A stretch of DNA of 64,000 nt from Pirellulales bacterium (GTDB taxonomy: Bacteria; Planctomycetota; Planctomycetia; Pirellulales; JALHPA01): NCBI GenBank assembly GCA_049840575.1, contig JASGKV010000024.1, positions 136,874 to 200,873 on the forward strand, in the 5' to 3' direction. The position numbers and the translations under genes were made by a program. Within the stretch, counting starts at the first letter, position 1. Each line of letters opens with the position of its first letter. The notes under the pieces are model-generated. The model had not been told where the DNA came from and ran no database searches. It was given only the letters and a program-made list of their open reading frames with translations. Shown here in pieces: positions 32,702-42,546 of the stretch.

Positions 32702-32757
32702 GGTCAGGTTTTCGGGTTCAGGGTTCAGGTTTCAGGGTTCGGGGTTCGGGGTTCGGG
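32702..32757 (-). repeat. eight tandem heptamers (coding-strand CCYGAAC-like) immediately 5' of the SPFH-gene ATG
   Basis: Plus strand 32702-32757: ggtcagg ttttcgg gttcagg gttcagg tttcagg gttcggg gttcggg gttcggg, then atg (reverse complement of the start codon). Confidence 0.7.
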
Positions 32758-32795
32758 ATGTGCTCGGCGGACCGGGGCATGAATACTCGATTCGG

Positions 32796-32867
32796 AACAG
32801 AAGGAAACGAAGAAATCGAAGATCGAGTCCGAGGAAAAACTCTTCGCTTCCTTCGTTTCCTTCTGTT
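32796..32867. repeat. 17-bp perfect inverted repeat (hairpin-capable) in the SPFH-gene upstream region; third copy at 32958-32976
   Basis: aacagaaggaaacgaag (32796-32812) pairs with cttcgtttccttctgtt (32851-32867), with a 38-nt loop. gaacagaaggaaacgaagg recurs at 32958-32976. A degenerate reverse-complement copy cttccttcgttatcttccgtt lies at ~33048. Confidence 0.6.
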
Positions 32868-33085
32868 TAAGTTTTTGCAATGAGTCTTCGCCGATGAGGG
32901 CGAAAAGACTTCGACGATCCGTTGATTGAGGTTGGCCGACTTGAGCGAAGGGAATGTGAACAGAAGGAAACGAAGGTAAGGAAGAACTGCGATTCCGTCG
33001 TCACGCTTCTCAGTGACCTTCGCGATCTCCTGTTCATTCGCATCTTCCGAGCTTCCTTCGTTATCTTCCGTTCAAGTTTCTCGAT

Positions 33086-33664
33086 TCAGTCTTCGCCGCG
33101 GAGGATCGCGTCGCGGTGGTTCCAGTTCTTCTCCAGGTCGTCGCACGACTTCAGCAAACGCATGGCGGCCGCCTCGGGCTCGGTCGTGCCGGACGCGAGC
33201 TTTTCCAGATCGACGGTGAATTCCTCGACGTGCGTTTGCAGGCCGATGTCGAAATCGTAGATGCGGTCGAGTCGCCGTTCGTCGACTTGCACTACGTCGA
33301 AGAACGCGCTGTAACCTTGCATCGCGCCGCGGATCTTGCCGATCAGTTTATCGACGCGGCCGCGCACGCGATCGAACGACGGCAGCGCGTCGAGCCGGCC
33401 GGCGTCGGCCAGGCCGCGCGTCAGATCGTCGATGCCGCTCTTGGCCGCTTGCAACCGTTTGACCAGCGACTCGCGTACGAGCGCGTCGCTCGCGCGACGG
33501 TCTTCGACGGCCCAATAGCCCGCGAAGCCGGGGATTGTCCGCAGCAACGTTTCGACTTGCCCGCGTTGGCGAAGATGTTCGGCAGGTTCCGGCACGACGG
33601 CGACTCCCACGAAATACGATGCAAGAACACGTCTTCCCGGCTCTTGCCTTATAATATCAATCAC
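33086..33664 (-). CDS. hypothetical protein
   Basis: 192-aa ORF with coding-like composition. No recognised motifs. Lies upstream of and co-directional with the SPFH gene. Confidence 0.4.
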   Translation of the reverse strand: MIDIIRQEPGRRVLASYFVGVAVVPEPAEHLRQRGQVETLLRTIPGFAGYWAVEDRRASDALVRESLVKRLQAAKSGIDDLTRGLADAGRLDALPSFDRVRGRVDKLIGKIRGAMQGYSAFFDVVQVDERRLDRIYDFDIGLQTHVEEFTVDLEKLASGTTEPEAAAMRLLKSCDDLEKNWNHRDAILRGED

Positions 33665-33714
33665 GCCGGGCGTTCGCGAGTGAATTGCCGAGCCACTCGA
33701 TCGCGGGACGAAGC

Positions 33715-34359
33715 ATGCGCACCGAACCGATCACGCAGGATGAAAGCCTCGAGGACGCCGACATCGCGCACAGCGCGTCGCAAGGCGACGCGTCATCTCG
33801 CACGAACTTTCGTTCGTTCTTTCCGCTGCTCGCCTACTTGTCGATCTACCCCGTGCTGACCGGGTATTGGGTCGAAGGTTGGATCCAGCGAACGTTCACG
33901 CCGACGCAAGCGGTCTTCGTGAAAGCCGAGTTGTATTTGCCGGCCGTCGCGCTGCTCTCGATGAGCTTGTTACGCCTGACGCGCGAACGACGCTTGAGTT
34001 CGGATATCGCGTTCGAGCAAGCTTGTCGCAGGCTTCAAGGCGGCCCGTATCGTTACGTCGCGATCGCCGTCGCGGCCTTTTCGGCGTACATCGTCGGGAT
34101 TATGTCGGCACGGCTCGGTTTTCGAGACTTCGACGGCGCATATCGACCGCACTTTGAGGGCGATCCCTTCGAGCCGATCGCCTTGTGGATCGGCGCGGCG
34201 TTCGTCGTGGTCATGCTCGCGTTGACGCGACTCGTCGAAGGCTTCATGCGGCCGCTCGACGCGCCGCGTTGCCCCGCATGCCGCACCGAACTTTTCGCAC
34301 GACAGGCGACGGACGAATGCCCCGCATGCGGAGAGCGAGTTCGATGCGATAGCGAATAA
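33715..34359 (+). CDS. hypothetical membrane protein with C-terminal zinc-ribbon
   Basis: ATG 33715. Predicted TM segments (FFPLLAYLSIYPVLTGYWV, LYLPAVALLSMSLL, YVAIAVAAFSAYIVGIM, IALWIGAAFVVVMLAL). C-terminal CPACRTEL...CPACGERV. Confidence 0.45.
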   Translation: MRTEPITQDESLEDADIAHSASQGDASSRTNFRSFFPLLAYLSIYPVLTGYWVEGWIQRTFTPTQAVFVKAELYLPAVALLSMSLLRLTRERRLSSDIAFEQACRRLQGGPYRYVAIAVAAFSAYIVGIMSARLGFRDFDGAYRPHFEGDPFEPIALWIGAAFVVVMLALTRLVEGFMRPLDAPRCPACRTELFARQATDECPACGERVRCDSE

Positions 34360-34423
34360 CCTATGCATCGGCATGCAACGAATTCGACGCGCGGAGCGAG
34401 TCGGCCGCTACGGAAGCCTTCGC

Positions 34424-35116
34424 TTATTCGTAAAGTTCCGCGTCGCCCAGCGATTTTCCGGCGCGATCCTTTTCGGCCAGGATCGGATCGACGACCGGCC
34501 ACGACACGTTCAGCGTCGGGTCGTTCCACAGGACCGTGCGCTCTTCGGCCGGCGCGTAGAGGTCGGTGCATTTGTAGATCACTTCGGTGTCGTCCGTCCG
34601 CGTGCAGAACCCGTGACCGAACCCGGGCGGTACGTACAGCATGCGATACGCGCGGTCGTCGAGGACGACGCCGAACCAGCGGCCGAACGTGGGAGACGAT
34701 TTTCGCAGATCGACGGCCACGTCGTAGATCGCGCCGCGCACCGCGCGGACCAGCTTGCCCTGCGCCCGGCGGATTTGGTAATGCAGGCCGCGCAGCACGT
34801 TGGCGGTCGAGCGCGAGTGATTGTCCTGCACGAACGGCGGCGCGATGCCGGCCGCGGCGTATTTTTCGGCGTGGTAGCTTTCCAGAAAAAAACCGCGATG
34901 GTCCCCGAAGACGCGCGGTTCGATCACGGTCACGCCGGTGTCGCCGAGCGCGGCGAACGACACGCCGCCGACGGCGAAGACGCTCGCCCGTAACGAGTTT
35001 GCGCTCGCGGGATCGGACACGACGCCGATCTCGGCCAGCGCGACGGAGGTTTTCGCCTCCCCCTGCGGTCGTAACGGGCTACTCGCGGCGGTCAGTGTGG
35101 TCCAGTCGATGGGCAT
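34424..35116 (-). CDS. rmlC: dTDP-4-dehydrorhamnose 3,5-epimerase
   Basis: ...IEPRVFGDHRGFFLESY...VQDNHSRSTANVLRGLHYQ...KLVRAVRGAIYDVAVDLRKSSPTFGRWFGVVL...YVPPGFGHGF...YKCTDLY.P.EERTVLWNDP, RmlC signature motifs. The N-terminal extent is uncertain. Confidence 0.7.
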   Translation of the reverse strand: MPIDWTTLTAASSPLRPQGEAKTSVALAEIGVVSDPASANSLRASVFAVGGVSFAALGDTGVTVIEPRVFGDHRGFFLESYHAEKYAAAGIAPPFVQDNHSRSTANVLRGLHYQIRRAQGKLVRAVRGAIYDVAVDLRKSSPTFGRWFGVVLDDRAYRMLYVPPGFGHGFCTRTDDTEVIYKCTDLYAPAEERTVLWNDPTLNVSWPVVDPILAEKDRAGKSLGDAELYE

Positions 35117-35279
35117 AACGTCTAGCGAATTCGGAATGGGCCGCCGATATGACTGATCGAATTGATCCGCATTGATCCGAGCGGGCGATGTCCCCGAGGA
35201 GTCGGCTCAGTCGCTTTTCAGAGCAATGAAAATCCGACTTATCATGATAATCAGCGGCCCATTCCGAGGAACGGCCCGC

Positions 35280-36149
35280 TTACAGCAGTTGCAGCAAATA
35301 CTGCCCATATTCGTTTTTCATGGAGCGACCGAGTTTTTCGAGTTGCGCGGCGTCGATGAATTTTTGGTGATAGGCCACTTCTTCCAGACAGGCGATCTTC
35401 AGGCCTTGTCGCGCCTCGATCGTTTGCACGAAGTTCGACGCTTGGATCAGCGACTCGTGCGTACCGGTGTCGAGCCAGGCGAAGCCGCGCGAGAATTGCT
35501 CGACGTGGCATTGCCCGCGGGCGATGTACTCGCGATTGACGTCGGTGATTTCGAGTTCGCCGCGCGGCGACGGCTGCAAGTTCGCGGCGATGTCGACCAC
35601 TTGGTTGTCGTAGAAATACAGCCCGGTGACGGCCAAGTGCGATTTCGGATCTTTGGGTTTCTCGACCAACGACGCGACGCGACCGGCGGCGTCGAGTTCG
35701 ACCACGCCGTACCGTTCGGGATCCTTCACCGGATAGGCGAAGATCGTCGCGCCGGATTCGTGCGCGGCGGCCTTCTTCAGCAGGTTCTGAAAGCCCTGGC
35801 CGTAGAAGATGTTGTCGCCCAAGACGAGCGCCACGTTGTCGGCGCCGACGAAGTCGCGACCGATGATGAACGCCTGGGCCAGGCCCTCGGGCTTCGGTTG
35901 CGCGGCGTAACGAATATCCAGGCCCAGCGCGGAACCATCGCCCATCAGGCGTTGAAAGCCGGGGGCGTCCTCGGGCGTGGTGATGATCAGAATCTCGCGG
36001 ATTCCGGCCAACATCAGCGCCGAGAGCGGGTAGTACAACATCGGCTTGTCGTAGACCGGCAGCAATTGCTTGCTGACCGCGCGCGTCACCGGATGCAACC
36101 GCGACCCGGACCCGCCCGCCAAGACGATGCCCTTCTTAAAAAAACTCAT
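35280..36149 (-). CDS. rmlA: glucose-1-phosphate thymidylyltransferase
   Basis: ATG 36149: [61 protein letters not shown]..., the canonical RmlA N-terminus (GGxGTRL-type loop). Confidence 0.8.
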   Translation of the reverse strand: MSFFKKGIVLAGGSGSRLHPVTRAVSKQLLPVYDKPMLYYPLSALMLAGIREILIITTPEDAPGFQRLMGDGSALGLDIRYAAQPKPEGLAQAFIIGRDFVGADNVALVLGDNIFYGQGFQNLLKKAAAHESGATIFAYPVKDPERYGVVELDAAGRVASLVEKPKDPKSHLAVTGLYFYDNQVVDIAANLQPSPRGELEITDVNREYIARGQCHVEQFSRGFAWLDTGTHESLIQASNFVQTIEARQGLKIACLEEVAYHQKFIDAAQLEKLGRSMKNEYGQYLLQLL

Positions 36150-36217
36150 CCGCGCGCTCCGGGACCGTGTCGATCGAACGTCAGCTTCCACGTCGCCCCG
36201 CGTCTCGTCTCATTCGC

Positions 36218-37975
36218 TTACTTTTTGGCGACGGCGCCGCCGTTGCGGATCAGTTCGGCTTCCAGATCGCGAAACAGCTTTTTCAATTCGTCCCAATCGG
36301 CGCTGGTCGGAAGATTCGGGCTGTTGACGCCGACCTTGAAGCCGAGCTTCCGTTGCAACTCGAACAACTTCGCCTTGACCGGAGGAGGAGGTCCTTGTTC
36401 GGCGAAGAAGTTCGGCTGCCAGCGCGGATCGAGCCGCGCCAACGTGTTGGTCAACGCGACGTACGCCAAGTACCGCTGCACCGCCTCGTCCCAGCTTTCG
36501 ATCGCCGGCGAGACCGAGACGCCCAGGCCGTACAGGCCCGATCGAACGTCGGCGTCTTGATATGTTTCGAGTTCGAGCGCGGCGAGTTCCCCTTCGAGCG
36601 CGGTCAACGCAGTCTCGACCGCCGAGCGGGCGTCCTTCGGCGCGACGTACAGTTTTTGCATTTTCTTGCGAACGTCTTCGAGCGCCAGGCCGACCTTGGT
36701 CTCTTTCCCTTGCTCGTCTTTCCAGAGGAAATCGTTTTGGATACGCGAGAAGTGCCAGTTGCCCCAGGGCAACGTGCCCGGGCGACGCGGATGCCCGGCC
36801 GGCACGCCCTGCACGTCGAGGCGACGCCAGCTCGATTCGCTGAGATCGTGATGACAAGCGAAGCAATCGTATTCGGTGAACTCAGGCCACGTGGCGGTCG
36901 CGCGACCCAGCATCATCTTCGAGGTCAGGTCTTCGCGCAGATGCGGGTTTTCGCCCTGGCTGTCGAGCAGGTCGATCCGTTGACGCAGCAGTCGCAATGC
37001 GACGACCGCTTCGGCCCCCTGTCCGATGCTCCAGAGGCGGGCTTCGATGTCGAGCGGCCGATCGGGAATCTTTTCCGAGCCCGTCGCGCGGGCCATCGCT
37101 TGGCGATCTTTCGAGTCGTCCCAGTGCTTGGGCATCATCGCTTGGAACGTCGAGAACTCGAAGTTCAACCGCGGGTGGCCCGCGGCGATCAAATCGTGGT
37201 TGACGTCGCGATCCGGACCACCGACGTGACACCGCATGCAAATCGCGGCGCGGCTGCTGAGGTCTTTGGTGTTCCACATCTTGTGCGCGTCGCCGACCGT
37301 TTTGGACGGATCGACCGACAGCGTGCGATACCGCTTGGCGTCGGCCTTCCACGAGACTAACGTGTGCGGACCCTTCCATTTCTCCGACGGACCGTGACAC
37401 GCTTCGCACGATACGCCGTCGGACAACGCGAAGTCCGGCGGCGGCGTCTCGGCGTCGGTCATCGACGAGTGGCAGGTCAGGCAGCGGGCGTCTTGCTGCG
37501 GCTTGCTTTCGCTCCACGGCTTGTCGGGCTGGGCCGACGGGCTTTTCACCGCGCCGTCGAGCAACCAGAGAATGCGTTTCGAGCGGTCATCGGTCAGCAC
37601 GCGGTAGGCGTTACGATGCGGATCGTTCTTGGTTTGATAGACGACCGTGTAGGCGTTTTTCCAAGTCGGCGTCACGTTCGCGGACGCCGGTCCGCCGTGG
37701 CAGGCGGCCGAGGCGCAAGAACTGACGCCCATGAATTTCGGACCGGCGTGCGGATCGGCGGCGTTCGGCGCGGCGTTGATCGCGACCGGCGTCAGACGGT
37801 CTGCTTCCGCGAAATTAACAACCTCGGCCGGCGATTCGGAAACGGGGATCGGCGCAGGCGCCACGAATTCGGCCGGCGCGGTTTGCGCGAACGAGAATTC
37901 GCGACCGACGGCCAAGGCCAAGACGAGCGCAAACCGGCGCGGCGGATACGAAAACGAAGATGGAACGACGCGTCA
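36218..37975 (-). CDS. secreted pentaheme c-type cytochrome; 1 apparent frameshift in the signal peptide region
   Basis: Five CxxCH motifs: CASAACH, CLTCH, CEACH, CMRCH, CFACH. ATG 37975 (MTRRSIFVFVSAAP..., own translation) joins the ORF 36218..37921 frame after a 1-nt shift. Confidence 0.7.
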
Positions 37976-38115
37976 TACCGAAAATCCCCGGAGTGTTACC
38001 GTCGAGCACGCACTCGACGTGAACCGACCACGCGCGCGAAGGTCGCGACGCGTCTGCGGCGCAAACTCTAGCGTACGGACGGGGACTCCGCGGGATCCCA
38101 TTCAACGTGTGACGA

Positions 38116-40552
38116 TTATTCGGCTCGCAACGGGTTGGCGATCTGCCACAGTTGCGGTCCGGTCATACGATGCGCGGCGTCATGGGGACATGCATACACG
38201 CAACTCGGTTTGTCCAAGGGGTCTTTGGCGTTGATTTTCGTGCACAAATCGCACGTAAACGCCTTCAGCTTCTGTTCGCCCTCGTCGTCCCGAATCGGGT
38301 GCAGGTTGATGTTTCCATAAGGACAGTTTTCGGCACATTTGCCGCAACCAATGCACCAATCCTTGATGACGACCTCTTTTCCGACCTCGCGATGGATCGA
38401 TCCGACCGGACAACCCACCATACAGAAAGGGTCGTAACACGAACGACAGGCCGAGGCGACCAAAAATTTGTCGAACCGCAGCCCTTCGCGCGTCAGACGC
38501 GACACGCGGTCGGGGTGCGCGCTCGGCACACGCCTTGGCGCATTCGTCGCAACGCGTACATTTTTCCAAATCGAGAACCAACAGACTCTGCGCGTTGTAC
38601 AACCCTTGATCGAGGAACGGTCCGAACCCCGGCGAGAGGTAGCCGCCGGCCTGAGCTTCGTTGGAACGCAGCCGTTCGGCCGCCGTCTTCAGCAGTTCGG
38701 TCTTGAGATCCGGAAAGTCTTCCAAGATCTAAAAAGTCGTCGCGGCGAATGCGCACCAAATCGACGTGATCCAACGCCGAACACGTGGCGGTCCGCTTCC
38801 CCTCGGGCGTCAAACCTTTGAGTTCGTCGAAGCCGGAGAGCAGACCGATTTCGCCGAAATAGCCACCGGGACCGATATAGTTGAGCACCATATCGCCGTT
38901 GGCGACCTTCACCGAAGCCGGTGCGAACCATATAGAACGCGTCGGCCGGGTCGCCTTTGCGAAAGATGGTTTTTTTGGGGTGCGAACGCAGCAAGTCGAC
39001 CTTATCGCGCAGCCCGTCGATAAACTCCTCGGACCGGGCGGGGTTTTTCGCGAACAACGACTGGAACAAGGGGACTTGCCGCAAGTGGTTGTCCAACACA
39101 CGCGCGCGATACAGAATCTCGCAGCGTTTCGCGCGATCGACGCGTCCGCTGCATCATGTAGACGACGTTGCGCAGGATTTCGAGCACCACGACGTCGCCC
39201 CGCCGCGGATCGTCGCCGACCGCGGGTAGTTGTTCATGCAGGCCATCTCGCCGAAGATGCGGTCGAGACGGTCCATCGTGGTGACCGGATCGCCGTACCG
39301 CAGCGTAACGGGAGCGTCGGAGAGGTTGATCACCTGGCGCGACGACGCAGTGTCGGATTTACCACCGGGGCTTAAGAAGCCGAAGATTTTCGAAAAGATT
39401 CCTCCGCCGGCATCATCTGCCGAGCCGGAAGTTTTGATGCGGACTTCGACCTTGCCGTATTCGATGATGAACGCGGTCGAGCCGTACTCGCCCTGGCGAC
39501 AGATGATTTCGCCGTCGCGATAATGGCGGCGTACCACCGCGCCGAAGTTCCAATCCAGAAACCGTTCGGACATATCGCCGAACAAATCGGGATGGCAGGC
39601 GCACAGTTCGGCGGCCGGCACCGGGCCGGGGCGAATTTTGCGTTTGACCGTCGGGCCTTTGGCGGGTGACGTTTTCAAGCCGCTCATTGGGGTTTCTCCG
39701 CCGCGGTTTCGGCCAACACGCCCGGGTCGTCGGCGGCCAGTTCGATCTCGATTTCGCGTTCCGGCGTGCGATCCATCACGATGTTGATGACCTGCCGATT
39801 GGTCAACGCGCCCGTCGGACACGAGATCATACATTCGCCGCAAAGCGACGCACGACGATTCACCCATCGGTTGGTCGTCGTCGAAGGCGATCCGCGTTTG
39901 ATACCCTTTGCCCATCCGGCCGATGACGAAATTGCTGCGGATTTCGGTACAGGCCCGCACGCAACGGTCGCACAAGATGCACGCGTTGTGATCGACCTGA
40001 ATAATCGGCGACGAATCGTCTTCGCCCCGATCGGGCGACGTGCGCGGGTAGTGATTTTCGCGGGCTTGGATCATTCGCCCGATGCGATCCAGTTCGTTTT
40101 CGGGCATCGTACGCCCATCGGCCAGCGAGGGACGTTGGTAATCGCTTTGCAACAATTCCACGACCGTGCGCACGATCCGCGCGATGCGTTCGCTGCTCTT
40201 CAACGTCGAGATTTCCATCCCGCCGGCGACCGGTAGGTAACAGGCCGGCACGAGCGACGTACGTTTGTTGCCGTTCCTGTCCGTAGCCGTCAGTTCCACC
40301 AAACAGGCGCGACAAACGCCGACCGGTTTCATGTGCTGTTGATGACACAGAATCGGCACGGGAACTTCCTCTTCTTTCAAGACTTCCACATACAGCTTCT
40401 GCGCGGCGTCGTAGATCGTCGTTCGTTGCGAGAACAAATCCTTATCATCGGGACTATATTTCGGCTTCAAAGGACTGATCGAGACTTCGTGCCCGTCGAT
40501 TTTCAACTTGACGGGACCTTTGGACTGCAATTCGGCCCCGGTGCGCGCCCAT
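38116..40552 (-). CDS. Fe-S fusion protein: NuoG-like N-terminal [2Fe-2S]+[4Fe-4S] module, two cyclic-nucleotide-binding domains, and a C-terminal 2x[4Fe-4S] ferredoxin; several apparent frameshifts
   Basis: ORF 39154..40530: KLKIDGHEVSI...TIYDAAQKL...PILCHQQHMKPVGVCRACLVEL (2Fe-2S). QVDHNACILCDRCVRACTEI...IGRMGKGY...ESSC (NuoG-type His/Cys 4Fe-4S). First CNB domain ...RRHYRDGEIICRQGEYGSTAFIIEYGKVEV...IFGEMA...PRSATIR. ORF 38493..39101: second CNB domain ...NYIGPGGYFGEIGLL... ORFs 38180..38725 and 38116..38529: CTRCDECAKAC and CxxCxxCxxxCP repeats (CMVGCPVGSIH, CIGCGKCAENCPYG, CDLCTK..CVYACP). The start is ATG ~40552 or TTG 40530. Confidence 0.6.
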
Positions 40553-40596
40553 GCTCGACGAGCAGATCGCCGATGACTTCGAAAAACTCTAAATCT

Positions 40597-42546
40597 TCAG
40601 CCGGCATCGGTCGCTCCCGGAACAATGATGTGACGACGAATATCGTCCGGAAAATACTTCAGCACGGTCAGAATCGAATTCGGTACGACTTGGCCTAGGC
40701 CGCAGATCGAGGCGTCGATCATGACCAAGCCGAGTTCCTTCACCAGATCGTCGTCCAGCGCGACCCCGCGGTCGAACGTTTGACGCAACATGTAGGCCAT
40801 CTTCTCGGACCCGACGCGACACGGCACGCATTTGCCGCACGATTCGTTGCGGTAAAATTCGACCGAGTTCAACGCCTGATCCAACATATCGGCCCGGTCG
40901 TCGTACGCGACGAACGCGGCGCCGAGCATCAGGCCGCGACCGAGCTTGAACGTCTCCAGATCCAACGGCATGTCGAGGATATCGAGCACGTCGTCGGCCG
41001 ATTTCATCACGCCTCGTTTGACCAGTTCGTCGGCGTAGCGCGGCGAGATTTTTTTGGGTTCGATTTTGTCCGGCAAGAACCCGCTGGAAGGCCCGCTGGT
41101 GGCGATCGCCTTGAGCGTACGCCCCGGCCGCATGCCTCCGGCGCATTCCATCACCAATTCGCGCACCGATTGACCGAACGGCACTTCATAGACTCCCGGT
41201 TTGACGACGTCGCCGCTGATCGAGACGAACCGCATGCCTTTCGCGCCGCGGACGCCTTGTTCGGCGTACCACTTGCCGCCGTTGACGTAGATCGAGGGTG
41301 TCCACGACAAAGTCTCGACGTTGTTCAACAGCGTCGGTTGGCCGCGATAGCCTTCTTCGGAAATGCTGGGCGGCTTGTTGCGCGGTTCGGCGCGGCGATC
41401 TTCCATCGCGGCCAAGAGCGCGTTCTGCTCGCCGCAGATGTATCCGCCCGGGCTGACGTAAACCGGTTTCAAGTCGAACGACAGGCCGCTCCCTTGGATG
41501 TTGTCGCCGCAGATCCCGCCGCGCCCAGGCGTCGCGCACGGCGGCGTCGACCGCTTCGATCTGGTCGTGGTATTCGTGACGAATATAGACGTAGCCTTCG
41601 GCCGCGCCGGTCGTCAAGCCGCCGAGGATCACGCCTTCGAGCACCAAATGCGGAAAACGGAGCAGCAGTTCGCGGTCTTTGAACGTCCCCGGTTCGCTTT
41701 CGTCGCCGTTACAGACGACGTATTTCTTGGCCACTGGAACCGGCAAATTCTCGCGGCGGCACTTGGCCAAGATTTCAGGATCGATCTCGCTCAGTTTGGC
41801 TTGGCTGACTGATTTCCATTTCTCGCCGGCCGGAAAGCCGGCCCCGCCCATTCCGCGGAGATCGGCGATTTTCAGCTCGGCGAGAATCCGCGCGGCGGGG
41901 TTTTGGCGTAGCGCCTTGATCGCGGCCGATGGTTCTTCGTCGGGCTTGAGGTTACGCTCCAGCTTGTAGAGTTCGCCCAGAAGTTCCGGCGGAGTCTTGC
42001 CGCGATACTCGGTATGTTCGGCGAGGAACGTTTTCCACTCGTTCAAGAATTTCTTGACCGCGCCGTACTCGGCCTTCCCGCCGTACGGGTCGACCTTCCA
42101 CGGCAGCGGCGTGCGATCCGGCGCGGGGGGATGCACGTGTTTCCCCGCGTGGGCTTGCGTCATCAGATCGACGTACTGTTCGGCCGCCATGCCGGCGAAC
42201 GTGTGGTCGTCGATCAACACGGCGACCGGTTCGTCGCAGCGGCCGAGACACGAGACGCCGTGGACGGCGATCTGCTCGGTGGGGGATTTCGTCGCGGCGT
42301 TCAACTCGGCCGCGCGACGTTCGAGCGCGCGTTTGCAGGCGTCCGATCCGCGTAAGTGGCAGGCCATGTCGCGGCAGACCATCACTTCGGTCTTCGGCGG
42401 CGGCGCAGCTTGAAGTGCGGGAAAAAGCTGGCCACTTCATGCAAACGATACAGCGGCTCGCCGATGCTTTCGGCGGACGCTTCGAGCGCTTCGTGCGGCA
42501 ACCAGCCCTGCTCCGCCTGGATGCGACGTAATTCTTGGACGATCAT
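40597..42546 (-). CDS. NuoE-NuoF fusion: thioredoxin-like [2Fe-2S] ferredoxin domain + NADH-binding FMN 51-kDa subunit with [4Fe-4S]; 2 apparent frameshifts
   Basis: ATG 42546 overlaps the upstream gene stop (ATGA). NuoE-like: MIVQELRRIQAEQGWLPHEALEASAESIGEPLYRLHEVASFF...VCRDMACHLRG...GVSCLGRCDEPV. NuoF-like: LRGMGGAGFPAGEKWKSV...KYVVCNGDESEPGTFKDRELL...PHLVLEGV, then ...ESCGKCVPCRVGSEKM (4Fe-4S) in ORF 40597..41472. Confidence 0.7.

Noticed and set aside
35172-37360. Plus-strand ORFs 35172..36560 (462 aa) and 36167..37360 (397 aa)
   Set aside because: Antisense to rmlA and the pentaheme cytochrome gene, whose protein matches are unambiguous.
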